From a virus, in the IMG/VR virus record IMGVR_UViG_3300005613_000054, positions 3,892 to 67,891 of that record: 64,000 nucleotides of DNA. One strand, written 5' to 3'. A program made the position numbers and the translations under genes. The notes beneath the pieces are model-generated. The model worked only from the letters and a program-made list of their open reading frames with translations. It ran no database searches and was not told the origin of the DNA. Below are positions 1 through 9,249 of the stretch, one piece after another (within the stretch, counting starts at the first letter, position 1; the number at the start of each line of letters is the position of its first letter).

Positions 1-288
1 AATAATGTAATCACTTTCCAGAGTTTCAGATACTTCCGCGACTCGATGAGTGCATGTATAGTGAGTACCTGTGATTCGGGATTGGTATCCATTTATCTCA
101 CACAATCGTCTGATAATTTCATCTTCAGTAGCAATGATGATCTCATCAATATACTGAGACTGTTTAGCAATGTCTGCTACACGCAATACCATTTCTCGAC
201 CATTGATCTTCGCTAATGGTTTACCAGGAAATCTAGAAGATTTCATCCTGGATGGGATGATGCAAGTGATCTTCTTATTGTTTAACAT
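1..288 (-). CDS. KdsB/NeuA-family cytidylyltransferase (CMP-Kdo synthetase-like); 5' part, runs off window start
   Basis: Not in the ORF track. Manual translation from ATG at 288: MLNNKKITCIIPSRMKSSRFPGKPLAKINGREMVLRV...IIIATEDE...HYTCTHRVAEV, matching the IIPAR.SSRFPGKPL motif of KdsB. Confidence 0.85.
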   Translation of the reverse strand, partial: MLNNKKITCIIPSRMKSSRFPGKPLAKINGREMVLRVADIAKQSQYIDEIIIATEDEIIRRLCEINGYQSRITGTHYTCTHRVAEVSETLESDYII

Positions 289-1684
289 ATTTTTCATTCC
301 CAAAAAATACACAATCAAGACCATCAACCATAGCACTATTTTTGTCGGAAGCAATAGGTTTGCCTCCTACATTTAGTGATGTATTGAGAAGTATTGGTAA
401 ACCAGTCTTCTCCTCAAATTTGGAGAGTAATCTATAAAATGAACTATTTGATGCCTCAGATACTGTCTGATGCCTACAAGTTCCGTCTACATGGGTGATA
501 GGATCAAGACCATCCACCAATACATTAGAATTATACAACATATAAGGACTGTCGTCAATATCAAAATACTTACTTGCTGCTTCTTTGATTACTGAAGCAC
601 CGAATGGTCTCCACCATTCTCGTTTCTTTACACGTTCGTTCAATATATCCTTACCATTGGGAATGGTTGGGTTCATCAAGATACTACGATTACCTAGAGC
701 TCGTGGTCCTAATTCACCATGTCCTTGATACCATCCAATAATATGACCTTGTGCTAATAGTTCAGCAGCTTCATCTATTGTTTGGTCTGAAGGTTCTTCT
801 GGTGCCCAATCATCCTGGATATATGGAAAGTTAGGTATCTCAAAATCCTTACCCACAGCATATCTCAAAGCACCAATAGATAATCCACCATCATACACAT
901 GTGGTGGGATGTATAGTTTATATTTCTTTCTTAGTTCTGTATTGATTACTGTGTTGAGCATCACACCACCAGAGCAAGCAATTAGTTTGTCTGGGTCAAA
1001 CTTACTGAAGTAATCTAATTGAATAAGTTCACATGCTTTATGAACAGTAGCAACAAAGTCTTGGAAGTCTTTGTCCTTGCTTGTTGAACCTTTCTTGATC
1101 CACGGTTCACATAAGTCAAGGATGTTATCTTGGTTGATTTGTGATGCTAACTCAAGGTCGGGAGTTCCATACGCTTGGAGACCCATAATCTTGCCGGGAA
1201 AGTCTACCTTAAGTCCTTTGAAATTGAGACAGTGACCGACGTAAGTTAGCATCTTGCCGATACCTAACTGTTTGTACCTAATCTTCTCATCAGGTGTGAC
1301 GATTAGACCTGTATATCTACTACCATTGCCTCCACTACCACGTCCATCAAATACAGCATGTTGCTCAGCATTGCATAACGTACTGTGGAGATGTGCAGTG
1401 TGGTGATCTATGCAAACTGAATCACCTTCGATAATAACATCCTCACCATTGTATGGTTTACGGACACGCTTACCAAATCTAACTCCACCTTTATCGGTGT
1501 AGCACAATCGATCTGGTTTGTCTATTCCCCAATCCTTTAGAGTTTGTTTATACCACTCATCATACGCTCCATGATGCTTAACACCTAGATGACGTTCTGA
1601 TTTTCTATACTTGAACTCACCATCAATAAGTGCAGCAATGCTGGTGTCGTGGGTAGCATCACCAATGCCTACAAATACAGTCAT
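275..1684 (-). CDS. NodU/CmcH-family O-carbamoyltransferase
   Basis: Motifs HDTSIA, DHHTAH, FDGRG, GKIMGL, GGVMLN, GWYQGHGELGPRALGNRSIL, KKREWWRPFG, THVDGTCRHQTV, LLNTSLN. Start placed at ATG 1684 (MTVFVGI). Confidence 0.92.
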   Translation of the reverse strand: MTVFVGIGDATHDTSIAALIDGEFKYRKSERHLGVKHHGAYDEWYKQTLKDWGIDKPDRLCYTDKGGVRFGKRVRKPYNGEDVIIEGDSVCIDHHTAHLHSTLCNAEQHAVFDGRGSGGNGSRYTGLIVTPDEKIRYKQLGIGKMLTYVGHCLNFKGLKVDFPGKIMGLQAYGTPDLELASQINQDNILDLCEPWIKKGSTSKDKDFQDFVATVHKACELIQLDYFSKFDPDKLIACSGGVMLNTVINTELRKKYKLYIPPHVYDGGLSIGALRYAVGKDFEIPNFPYIQDDWAPEEPSDQTIDEAAELLAQGHIIGWYQGHGELGPRALGNRSILMNPTIPNGKDILNERVKKREWWRPFGASVIKEAASKYFDIDDSPYMLYNSNVLVDGLDPITHVDGTCRHQTVSEASNSSFYRLLSKFEEKTGLPILLNTSLNVGGKPIASDKNSAMVDGLDCVFFGNEKYVKQ

Positions 1685-1689
1685 ACAAT

Positions 1690-2658
1690 TCAACTTATAA
1701 GTGATGAAATATACTCAATTTCTGCATCAGTAAGTTCTGGATACAGTGGTAATGATAGAACTTCCTTTGATAATTTAGTCGCGTTTGGAAGTGGTGCGAA
1801 TGTATATGGATAATTTATTCGAGTTGGAATATCCCATTCTTCACGCAACTTATCACGTTCTGGTGTTTGAATAACAAACTTCTGCAACGCATGTGTATCA
1901 ATATCTTTGATTAGAACTTTATATTTACTTCGTGATCTCCAATACTCAGCAATTTCTTTTCGTCTATTTTGCCATTCATCCATATATTTCGTCTTTATCA
2001 TCATCAAAGCACAGTCCCATTCAGACATTTTAGAATTGGTAGCTACGCTAGTATATTGTGGGTGGTGATGGTGGCGGAAGTTCTTAACGAACTCCATAAG
2101 TTCAGGGATCTTAGAAGATATTGCACCACCATTACCATAGCAGGGCATATTCTTCATAGGATCAAATGACTTCGTGCAAATATCACCAACGCGGTTATAT
2201 TTGTTCCCACACCAATGCTGAGCACCGTCTTCTAAAATAATTCCATTCTGGCGTTGAATTGCTGCTCCATACATTCCAACAAGAACTACGAGATCTGTAC
2301 TTTCTGCATGGGCATCTTGCATGATCCCATACTCATCTACATCAACATATTTGATCTTACATCCAACTCGCATGAAGGCATTTTTAGTTGCAATGAATGA
2401 AAAAGCAGGAAGATATACTGTGTTGTTGTACTGTTCCTTATACCATTCTGCGACGATTTCAAGTGCTTGCGTACCATTATGGCACGTCAATGTTGGTTGT
2501 TGATTAACTGTAGACAACCAATCTTCAAACTGCTTCGTGTATGGTCCGAGCATATGTTGCCCGGTCGATAACACTTCGTCTGTGACCTCTAAGATTTCTT
2601 CTCGTAGGTTTTTATACTGCCGTTGTAAACCAGTGAAGGCGATCTTTGATCCATTCAT
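1690..2658 (-). CDS. DegT/DnrJ/EryC1/StrS PLP-dependent sugar aminotransferase
   Basis: NGTQAL, EDGAQ, SFDPMKNM (PLP lysine), GNGGAI, LSLPLYPEL. Confidence 0.92.
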   Translation of the reverse strand: MNGSKIAFTGLQRQYKNLREEILEVTDEVLSTGQHMLGPYTKQFEDWLSTVNQQPTLTCHNGTQALEIVAEWYKEQYNNTVYLPAFSFIATKNAFMRVGCKIKYVDVDEYGIMQDAHAESTDLVVLVGMYGAAIQRQNGIILEDGAQHWCGNKYNRVGDICTKSFDPMKNMPCYGNGGAISSKIPELMEFVKNFRHHHHPQYTSVATNSKMSEWDCALMMIKTKYMDEWQNRRKEIAEYWRSRSKYKVLIKDIDTHALQKFVIQTPERDKLREEWDIPTRINYPYTFAPLPNATKLSKEVLSLPLYPELTDAEIEYISSLIS

Positions 2659-3562
2659 GATACTTTGCTAGTCCATCTTCTAGGTTGGTGAGTGGGTTAT
2701 ATCTTAGGTCTAGTATTGCCTTGTCTATACACAGGGCATCACGACTTGGGAACTTGTTGTCTTTTTCTTGGACAATAATCTCACCCCCACCAACAAGATC
2801 TGTAATGATGTTTGCTGCGTCCAGTAAGGTTCTGCCCCATCCTCGCGTTATATTATACACCTCATTTGACCCGCTGTAAAGTGCTGCTAGAACAATTCCG
2901 TTAGCAGTATCATCAACATAGGAAAAGTCTAACTTTTCTTTTGAACCATTCACTTTCAATGGTTTGCCTGTGAGTGCGTTAATCATGAACTTAGCAATCA
3001 CACGATCACCAACATCGCATGGACCATATACTGCTGATGGGCGGATGATATTATATTTCATCCCAAAACGTCGAGCATAATCTTTTACCATATTTTCTCC
3101 AGCATATTTCATAATAGCGTAGAGACCTTTTGGATTACATTCATAAGACTCTTTTGCAGGTCCGTTGAAATCGCCGTAGACCATTGATGAAGAGATATAA
3201 ACTAACTTCCTATTCTTAGATAACTCAAGCACGTTTATAAGACCTTCCATCATAGTCTTAACGCCTTCTTGTGGGTTAATATCTACAGACTTCTGGCGAG
3301 GAAATGATGCTAGGTGAATAACAACATCTGGATCAAATTCAAATGCTTTGTATAACGCACTGAAGTCACAGATGTCGATATTTACTACATCAGCACTAAA
3401 TGATTGTGTCCTTTCACCAATAAGATGGTACAACTCATTTTGAGGCACTGATCCATAGGTCGTACGATTATCGACTACTAGAACTTCATGATTCAGACTT
3501 TCTAGTTGTTGAACAACTTTGTGTCCGATGAATCCACATCCACCTGTAACTAAAACTTTCAT
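2612..3562 (-). CDS. NAD-dependent sugar epimerase/dehydratase (extended SDR)
   Basis: KVLVTGGCGFIG Rossmann motif, SSSMVYG, YAIMK (YxxxK), DFSYVDD. Start placed at MKVLV (ATG 3562). Confidence 0.93.
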   Translation of the reverse strand: MKVLVTGGCGFIGHKVVQQLESLNHEVLVVDNRTTYGSVPQNELYHLIGERTQSFSADVVNIDICDFSALYKAFEFDPDVVIHLASFPRQKSVDINPQEGVKTMMEGLINVLELSKNRKLVYISSSMVYGDFNGPAKESYECNPKGLYAIMKYAGENMVKDYARRFGMKYNIIRPSAVYGPCDVGDRVIAKFMINALTGKPLKVNGSKEKLDFSYVDDTANGIVLAALYSGSNEVYNITRGWGRTLLDAANIITDLVGGGEIIVQEKDNKFPSRDALCIDKAILDLRYNPLTNLEDGLAKYHEWIKDRLHWFTTAV

Positions 3563-3567
3563 GGGGG

Positions 3568-3596
3568 TTGACATAATGACGTATCTTATGTATGAT
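3568..3596 (+). promoter_or_regulatory. Sigma70-type promoter
   Basis: TTGACA-17 bp-TATGAT, divergent from the sugar operon. Confidence 0.75.
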
Positions 3597-3623
3597 AACT
3601 CTGTCAGCGTTCAAGGGAACACT

Positions 3624-3797
3624 ATGCCGGTTAACTTAAAGGACACAGTAACATATAAAGGTGTTACAGGAGTTGTAGATTTCATTGATAAAGATTACTT
3701 TACAATTACTGTAAACTACGCTGATCATAGGTCATTCAATACAAGGATGCTAGTCTACTGGGACACTAATTATACTGTCCACCAAACCACCCACTGA
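3624..3797 (+). CDS. Hypothetical protein (57 aa)
   Basis: ATG 3624 after AAGGGA; MPVNLKDTVTYKGVTGVVDFIDKDY...; directly downstream of the promoter. Confidence 0.65.
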   Translation: MPVNLKDTVTYKGVTGVVDFIDKDYFTITVNYADHRSFNTRMLVYWDTNYTVHQTTH

Positions 3798-3816
3798 CCT
3801 AGATATGATGTATATT
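3760..3816 (+). promoter_or_regulatory. Early-type promoter cassette, copy 1
   Basis: GGACAC...CTGTCCAC with TATATT starting 36 nt later; upstream of the CobT-like gene. Confidence 0.7.
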
Positions 3817-3837
3817 AGGCACATCTGAGACGAATTG

Positions 3838-5985
3838 ATGCCTGTAAACATCGAAATCAAGGGCAATCTTGCCCGTCTGCTTGCTACTGAGAACCTTATT
3901 GTAGAGCACAAGCAGGTTGAGACTGCTATGTTCGATGTTGATCGTCGTGTGCTTACTTTGCCTATGTGGAAGAAGGCAAGTAACACTGTCTACGATATGC
4001 TCGTAGCACATGAAGTTGGTCACGCATTGTTTACACCTTTCCGTGAGTGGAATCTTGAGGATGAGTATCGCAACATTCCTCCTGATTTTGTAAATGTTGT
4101 TGAGGATGCTCGTATTGAGCGTCTGATGAAGAAAAAGTTTGCTGGTTTATCCCGCGACTTCTATTCTGCTTACAGCGAACTCAATCAGGATGATTTCTTT
4201 TGTGTTGCTGATGAAGATCTCAACAACTTGAAACTCATCGACAAGATCAATCTTTACTTTAAGATTGGTGCTTTCCTGTGCATTGATTTTAATGATGAGG
4301 AACAACAATTTGTTACTGCTATCAGCAAGGCAGAAACATTTGAAGAGGTGCTTAACATCAGTCGGGATATTGTAGATTATTGTAAGGCAAAACAACAGGA
4401 TCTAAAAGACAATCAGCAGCAGCAACAATCACCTAATTCAACTGGTGGTTCCGCAGGTAACAAATCACCTGACGGTAAAGAAGAGATTGAGGATGATGAT
4501 TCTAATGGTGATCACGAGGAAGATGCTGAGACTCGGCAACAACAACCCGATCAACCAAAAGTTGATCAAGATGCTCCTCAAGATGAGTTCACCAGTGATA
4601 CTCAGCGGTCATTCAATAACAATCAGGGTGACCTGATTGATCGTAGTTTATCTAGCACCAACTATGTAACTTTGCCTGAGATTGATACTGATCTTGCTAT
4701 TGTTGACTTCAATACTATCAGCAAGTATCTGTCTGAATGGTATGCTGAAGAGAAAGAACGTGGGACCAGTCGTGCTAATGCTATCGAACATTTTGCTGCA
4801 GAGTATCGTAAGTTCAAGAAAGATTCAAACAAGGAAGTCAACTACCTTGTGAAAGAGTTTGAGATGAAGAAGTCTGCCGATGCTTATGCTCGTGCAACAA
4901 CTTCACGCACTGGTGTACTCAACACCAGCAAACTTCACACCTACAAGTACAACGAAGATCTGTTCAAGAAGGTAACTAACATCCCTGACGGTAAGAATCA
5001 CGGTCTCACATTCTATCTGGATTGGAGTGGATCTATGCAGCATGTTCTGCTAGATACTATGAAGCAACTGTTCCAACTGGTTTGGTTCTGCAAGAAGGTC
5101 AACATCCCCTTTGAGGTGTATGCTTTTACTAGCGATAGTTGGTCACTCAATCAACCAGTAGAACCTGGTGCATCTCATTACACTGTGGTCGATCGTCATC
5201 AACTACACAAGAATTGGAAGGCATGTGAGTTGCATGTGGAAGGTAGTTTCCGCATGGTTGAGATACTCAACGGCACATGTAATGGTAAAGATCTTGATCA
5301 ACAAATGTTGAACTTGTATCTCACTGCAGTTGCATTTACCAAGAATTACTATCGCTATCCTGGTCAATTTGGTCTGTCTGGGACACCACTGAACGAGGCA
5401 ATCATTCTGTCTAAGACTATCATGGAGAAGTTTATTCGTAAGCACAAGTTGCAGAAATGTCACGCTATTGTGCTCACTGATGGTGAAGGTTATCCTCCTT
5501 CACACAATGTCGAGTGCAAGGAATCTTACTACAATAATGATAAAGGAACCAGCAGAGTTCGCCCTGGTTCTTATATCCGTCACAACGGCAGAACTTATCA
5601 CATTGCTGATGACTTTTCTGGTTTCACACAGACACTAATTCGTTGCGTCAAGGATAGTCTTCCTGGTGTATCTTTCATCGGTTTCCGTGTGCTTGAGAAA
5701 GGTGGAGTTCGTTCCTTCTGGCATCAGTATGGTGGTGATTCTAAGCAGTTCGCTAACATCGACGAGGTGAAGACTGTGCTCCAAAAGGAGAGATCAATCT
5801 GCCTCAAGTCTCCTGCCTTTGATCTATTCTTTGGTCTAGCACAGTCAGGTTTATCCGTGTCCACTGAATTGGATGTTGACGAAGGATCTAGCAAGCGGGA
5901 GGTTAGTGCATCTTTCCGCAAAATGTTCAAGGGCAAAAAGTCTAATAAATTTGTATTGAGTACCTTTATTGAGAAAATTTCATGA
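3838..5985 (+). CDS. CobT-like protein: N-terminal HExxH metallopeptidase-like domain, acidic linker, VWA domain (partner of the CobS AAA+)
   Basis: HEVGH, NVVEDARIE, Q/D-rich linker, MIDAS DWSGS, GTPLNEA, LTDGE. Confidence 0.85.
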   Translation: MPVNIEIKGNLARLLATENLIVEHKQVETAMFDVDRRVLTLPMWKKASNTVYDMLVAHEVGHALFTPFREWNLEDEYRNIPPDFVNVVEDARIERLMKKKFAGLSRDFYSAYSELNQDDFFCVADEDLNNLKLIDKINLYFKIGAFLCIDFNDEEQQFVTAISKAETFEEVLNISRDIVDYCKAKQQDLKDNQQQQQSPNSTGGSAGNKSPDGKEEIEDDDSNGDHEEDAETRQQQPDQPKVDQDAPQDEFTSDTQRSFNNNQGDLIDRSLSSTNYVTLPEIDTDLAIVDFNTISKYLSEWYAEEKERGTSRANAIEHFAAEYRKFKKDSNKEVNYLVKEFEMKKSADAYARATTSRTGVLNTSKLHTYKYNEDLFKKVTNIPDGKNHGLTFYLDWSGSMQHVLLDTMKQLFQLVWFCKKVNIPFEVYAFTSDSWSLNQPVEPGASHYTVVDRHQLHKNWKACELHVEGSFRMVEILNGTCNGKDLDQQMLNLYLTAVAFTKNYYRYPGQFGLSGTPLNEAIILSKTIMEKFIRKHKLQKCHAIVLTDGEGYPPSHNVECKESYYNNDKGTSRVRPGSYIRHNGRTYHIADDFSGFTQTLIRCVKDSLPGVSFIGFRVLEKGGVRSFWHQYGGDSKQFANIDEVKTVLQKERSICLKSPAFDLFFGLAQSGLSVSTELDVDEGSSKREVSASFRKMFKGKKSNKFVLSTFIEKIS

Positions 5986-7019
5986 AAACATATGACCTTC
6001 GATTGGAAATAGGCAATCATTGCAATTTGCGGTGTCCTTTATGCTTGAGACAATCACCGCTTATTGATAAAAATGTACTGAATAGAGTTCATTCATCATT
6101 GAACGACGTTAAGAAATTTTTGCCTAGATTCTTTTTAACCAATCAAATTAAATCTGTACTTATAAGTGGTTCATCTTCAGAACCCACAATGAACTCAAAT
6201 TTAATCAACATTGTAAACTATTTGATTAAGTATAATAGTAATATAATTGTTGATAGTAATGGATCAACTCGCAATATAGATTGGTGGGCAGAACTTGGTG
6301 CAACTGGTGTGCAGTGCGACTTTGCACCAGATAGTATTAAACCTAACAATAATAAGTATCGCATCAACTCAAATACTGATAAGGTTATTGAGAACATGCA
6401 AGCATTTATTTCTGCTGGTGGTACTGCTAGATGGAAGTTTATTCCATATGCTCATAATCAAGACGAATTAGAAGAACAGCGTACTATTTCAAAAAGCATT
6501 GGTGCTACATTTTTCGTAGCACAACCATTTACTGTTAGAAATAGAACGGAAAAAGTTGAAGACTCTGACTTATTTCCTAAAGATCATAAACTTGTAAGAT
6601 ATACCGAAAATAGCACACCACATCATTATTGTAAAATACTTGGAGAAATTCAAAATTTACTTGAAATATCTGCCGAAGGTATTGTATATCCTTGTACTTT
6701 CTCTAGTAGAGAACTTTATTATGTGTATGGAGATTATTTTGTATCGGGAAATACTACCCCAAAAGTTAATTTTGAATATGTAAAAGGATGGACTGAAAAA
6801 TTAGATAGTTTTATTGAAAGTTTTGTCCCACTAATTGAGGACCAAGGTGGAATCGAGACACTATCATTACACCATTATTCAATTACTGAAATTTTGAACT
6901 CCCCATTTTATAAAAATACATTAAAACAATCATGGAGCAATAAAGAACATTTTTGTAACAAACACTGCAATCACGTCAAATATAGTGATCATTTAGAGTA
7001 TGTTTTGAATAAAAACTAG
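5982..7019 (+). CDS. Radical SAM protein with Cys-containing C-terminal (SPASM/twitch-like) region
   Basis: CNLRCPLC (CxxxCxxC), SEPT, SNGS, NKYRIN, GIVYPC, CNKHC; AT-rich; ATGA overlap with the upstream gene. Confidence 0.85.
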   Translation: MKTYDLRLEIGNHCNLRCPLCLRQSPLIDKNVLNRVHSSLNDVKKFLPRFFLTNQIKSVLISGSSSEPTMNSNLINIVNYLIKYNSNIIVDSNGSTRNIDWWAELGATGVQCDFAPDSIKPNNNKYRINSNTDKVIENMQAFISAGGTARWKFIPYAHNQDELEEQRTISKSIGATFFVAQPFTVRNRTEKVEDSDLFPKDHKLVRYTENSTPHHYCKILGEIQNLLEISAEGIVYPCTFSSRELYYVYGDYFVSGNTTPKVNFEYVKGWTEKLDSFIESFVPLIEDQGGIETLSLHHYSITEILNSPFYKNTLKQSWSNKEHFCNKHCNHVKYSDHLEYVLNKN

Positions 7020-7024
7020 CAGTA

Positions 7025-7081
7025 GGACGGTCTGCGAACTGTCCACTGATCCACCACAGCAGAGTCAACCGCTGCTATATT
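7025..7081 (+). promoter_or_regulatory. Early-type promoter cassette, copy 2
   Basis: GGACGG...CTGTCCAC...CCACAGCAG...CTGC-TATATT. Confidence 0.75.
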
Positions 7082-7102
7082 AACCACAGTTAAATCAATC
7101 AC

Positions 7103-8227
7103 ATGCCTCGCACGATTAACTTTCAACATCACTTCGACAGTCTTATTGATAACTTCGGCACGACGATTGATACACCTCAACTGCAAGCATATTGCAGTCA
7201 TCACGGTGTAGGTTATCAGACCATTACTAAGTATCTCCAACAGTACAAAGTTGGACGTGGTAAGTGGAACCTTACTGTTGAGGAAGCAAAGCAACAACTA
7301 GAGCGTAGTGTAGATAACACTGCTGCGCTGTCTAAAACTGTTACAGTAGCACAAAACCTAGTCCCATCAAAAGATGATACCTTCGTCAGCTTTGGTAACT
7401 TTAGCAGTCTTAAAAAGGTTATCCAATCGCGCCAATTCTATCCGGTCTTCATTACTGGATTGTCCGGTAATGGTAAGACTTTCGCAGTGGAGCAAGCGTG
7501 TGCTCAACTCAATCGCGAATTGATCCGTGTGAATATCACTATTGAGACGGATGAAGATGATCTTATTGGTGGTTTTCGTCTAGTTAATGGTGAAACAGTT
7601 TGGCACAATGGTCCTGTGATTGAAGCACTGGAGCGTGGTGCAGTTCTGCTTCTCGATGAGATTGATCTTGCGTCTAATAAGGTACTCTGTTTGCAGTCTA
7701 TCTTGGAGGGCAAAGGTATCTTCTTGAAGAAGATCGGTGAGTATATCAAACCCACTGCAGGTTTCACCGTGATTGCTACTGCTAACACCAAAGGTAAGGG
7801 TAGTGATGATGGTCGATTCATCGGCACCAATGTACTCAACGAGGCATTTCTTGAGCGCTTCCCCATCACCTTTGAGCAACAGTATCCTACTGTTTCTGTT
7901 GAGAACCGTATCCTTGAACGTGCATGTGAAGAACTGAATGTTCCCCTGGTTGGTGAGCACAAAGACTTTATTGTTCATCTCTGCAACTGGGCAGATATTG
8001 TCCGCAAAACATTCAACGATGGCGGCATTGATGAAGTTATCTCCACCCGCCGTTTGGTTCACATCATCCGAGCATATTCTATCTTTGGTGATAAGATGAA
8101 GGCAGTGGAGTTGTGCCTTAATCGTTTCGACGATGAGACTAAACAATCGTTCTTGGAATTGTATAGCAAACTCGATGAAACTGTTAATCTAAATGAAGGA
8201 CAGTCAGAGGATGCTAACGTGCAATAA
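7103..8227 (+). CDS. cobS: CobS-like MoxR-type AAA+ ATPase (cyanophage core gene)
   Basis: Walker A GLSGNGKT, Walker B LLLDEID, ATANTKGKG, LNEAFLERF, ISTRRL. Confidence 0.92.
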   Translation: MPRTINFQHHFDSLIDNFGTTIDTPQLQAYCSHHGVGYQTITKYLQQYKVGRGKWNLTVEEAKQQLERSVDNTAALSKTVTVAQNLVPSKDDTFVSFGNFSSLKKVIQSRQFYPVFITGLSGNGKTFAVEQACAQLNRELIRVNITIETDEDDLIGGFRLVNGETVWHNGPVIEALERGAVLLLDEIDLASNKVLCLQSILEGKGIFLKKIGEYIKPTAGFTVIATANTKGKGSDDGRFIGTNVLNEAFLERFPITFEQQYPTVSVENRILERACEELNVPLVGEHKDFIVHLCNWADIVRKTFNDGGIDEVISTRRLVHIIRAYSIFGDKMKAVELCLNRFDDETKQSFLELYSKLDETVNLNEGQSEDANVQ

Positions 8228-8277
8228 TCTCCTTTCTAAAACATTCATCTAAATAAATTCACATCTAATCACTTTCC

Positions 8278-8418
8278 ATGTTTCTAGAATCAACTGATCA
8301 TTGTCTTGTGGATGATGTAGAACTCTTCGACAAATCATTCAATGTTGAAGAGTTTGAAGAGGATGAAGATCGTCGTTCTGATGCTTATCAGGATCTAGCA
8401 AATCGTCATTACGCTTGA
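8278..8418 (+). CDS. Small acidic hypothetical protein (46 aa)
   Basis: Manual ORF MFLESTDHCLVDDVELFDKSF...LANRHYA; below the ORF-track cutoff. Confidence 0.6.
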   Translation: MFLESTDHCLVDDVELFDKSFNVEEFEEDEDRRSDAYQDLANRHYA

Positions 8419-8443
8419 CGAATTACCCTAGGTAGGGTACAAT
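8415..8443 (+). promoter_or_regulatory. Sigma70-type promoter
   Basis: TTGACG-17 bp-TACAAT. Confidence 0.7.
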
Positions 8444-8466
8444 GTTGTTCCACTGAGTTGCCTGCC

Positions 8467-8658
8467 ATGCTTACTGAAAGAGACCTCATTTCACATGATG
8501 ATTATGAGAACTTCGCCAAGTATCTTGGCGTTGATTATGATGATTTCTGTGAACTATTTGTTCCAGAAAGTGATGTCGATGATAGCGATCTTGTCGGCAT
8601 TAGTAATCACCATGGTGGACAGTTCGACAAACTGGCACACACCCCCTTGCGAACCTGA
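8467..8658 (+). CDS. Small acidic hypothetical protein
   Basis: MLTERDLISHDDYENFAKYLGVDYDDF..., downstream of the promoter. Confidence 0.6.
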   Translation: MLTERDLISHDDYENFAKYLGVDYDDFCELFVPESDVDDSDLVGISNHHGGQFDKLAHTPLRT

Positions 8659-8675
8659 CCCAAATCGGTTATATT
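8617..8675 (+). promoter_or_regulatory. Early-type promoter cassette, copy 3
   Basis: GGACAG...CTGGCAC...TATATT. Confidence 0.65.
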
Positions 8676-8717
8676 AGGTTCATCGGTGGAGGGAACACCA
8701 CTCACCACCACGGTCAA

Positions 8718-8773
8718 GACGGTTCACAAACCGTTACACCAAACTTGACCAAAGCACCAGTTCATGCTATACT
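8718..8773 (+). promoter_or_regulatory. Early-type promoter cassette, copy 4, with a canonical -35
   Basis: GACGG...CCGTTAC, then TTGACC-17 bp-TATACT. Confidence 0.75.
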
Positions 8774-8833
8774 GAACTCGTCCTGAATACGACGCTAAAC
8801 TGTTCATTGATCAAACTAACACTTTTTATTATC

Positions 8834-9058
8834 ATGACTGCACTCAACATCGCTGGTTCTTCCGCTATCCAATCCGTGTCCTTCGGTGATAACAACGCTG
8901 TCGGCGTTAAGTTCACTTCTAACGACACTGAGTATGGTTTCGTGGCTCAGGATCAAACCCTTGTTCGTAGTGGTCTGGAGTCTGCAATCGCTGCCGGTCG
9001 TAGTGTCGGCAAACTGATTGCTCAGTATCGCGCTGAGGGTCAACTCACCGCCGTCTGA
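8834..9058 (+). CDS. Hypothetical early protein (74 aa)
   Basis: MTALNIAGSSAIQSVSF...SVGKLIAQYR; codon bias typical of highly expressed genes. Confidence 0.75.
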   Translation: MTALNIAGSSAIQSVSFGDNNAVGVKFTSNDTEYGFVAQDQTLVRSGLESAIAAGRSVGKLIAQYRAEGQLTAV

Positions 9059-9104
9059 TAGACAACTACAACTGAATAGATTGATCATTCGCTGAATATC
9101 GCAA

Positions 9105-9139
9105 GCAATCCCGTTCTAGTTAATCTGGGGCGGGATTGT
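9105..9139 (+). terminator. RNA hairpin / probable terminator
   Basis: GCAATCCCGTTCTAG-TTAAT-CTGGGGCGGGATTGT; 15-bp stem with G-U pairs. Confidence 0.65.
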
Positions 9140-9147
9140 TAGTTTAA

Positions 9148-9207
9148 GTGGACAGTTGAGTAAAGTGTCCACTATTCTCCCCACAGCAGGGCAAAATGCT
9201 GTATTAT
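9148..9207 (+). promoter_or_regulatory. Early-type promoter cassette, copy 5
   Basis: GTGGACA...TGTCCAC perfect dyad, CCACAG, CAGCA..TGCTG hairpin, TATTAT. Confidence 0.8.
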
Positions 9208-9249
9208 TACAAAGTAATCAATCAGGGGTGTCGATCACCCCATCAAATT

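Noticed and set aside
3563-3625. wcaG-type RNA motif upstream of the epimerase
   Set aside because: The short intergenic space is occupied by a divergent promoter; no convincing structure seen.
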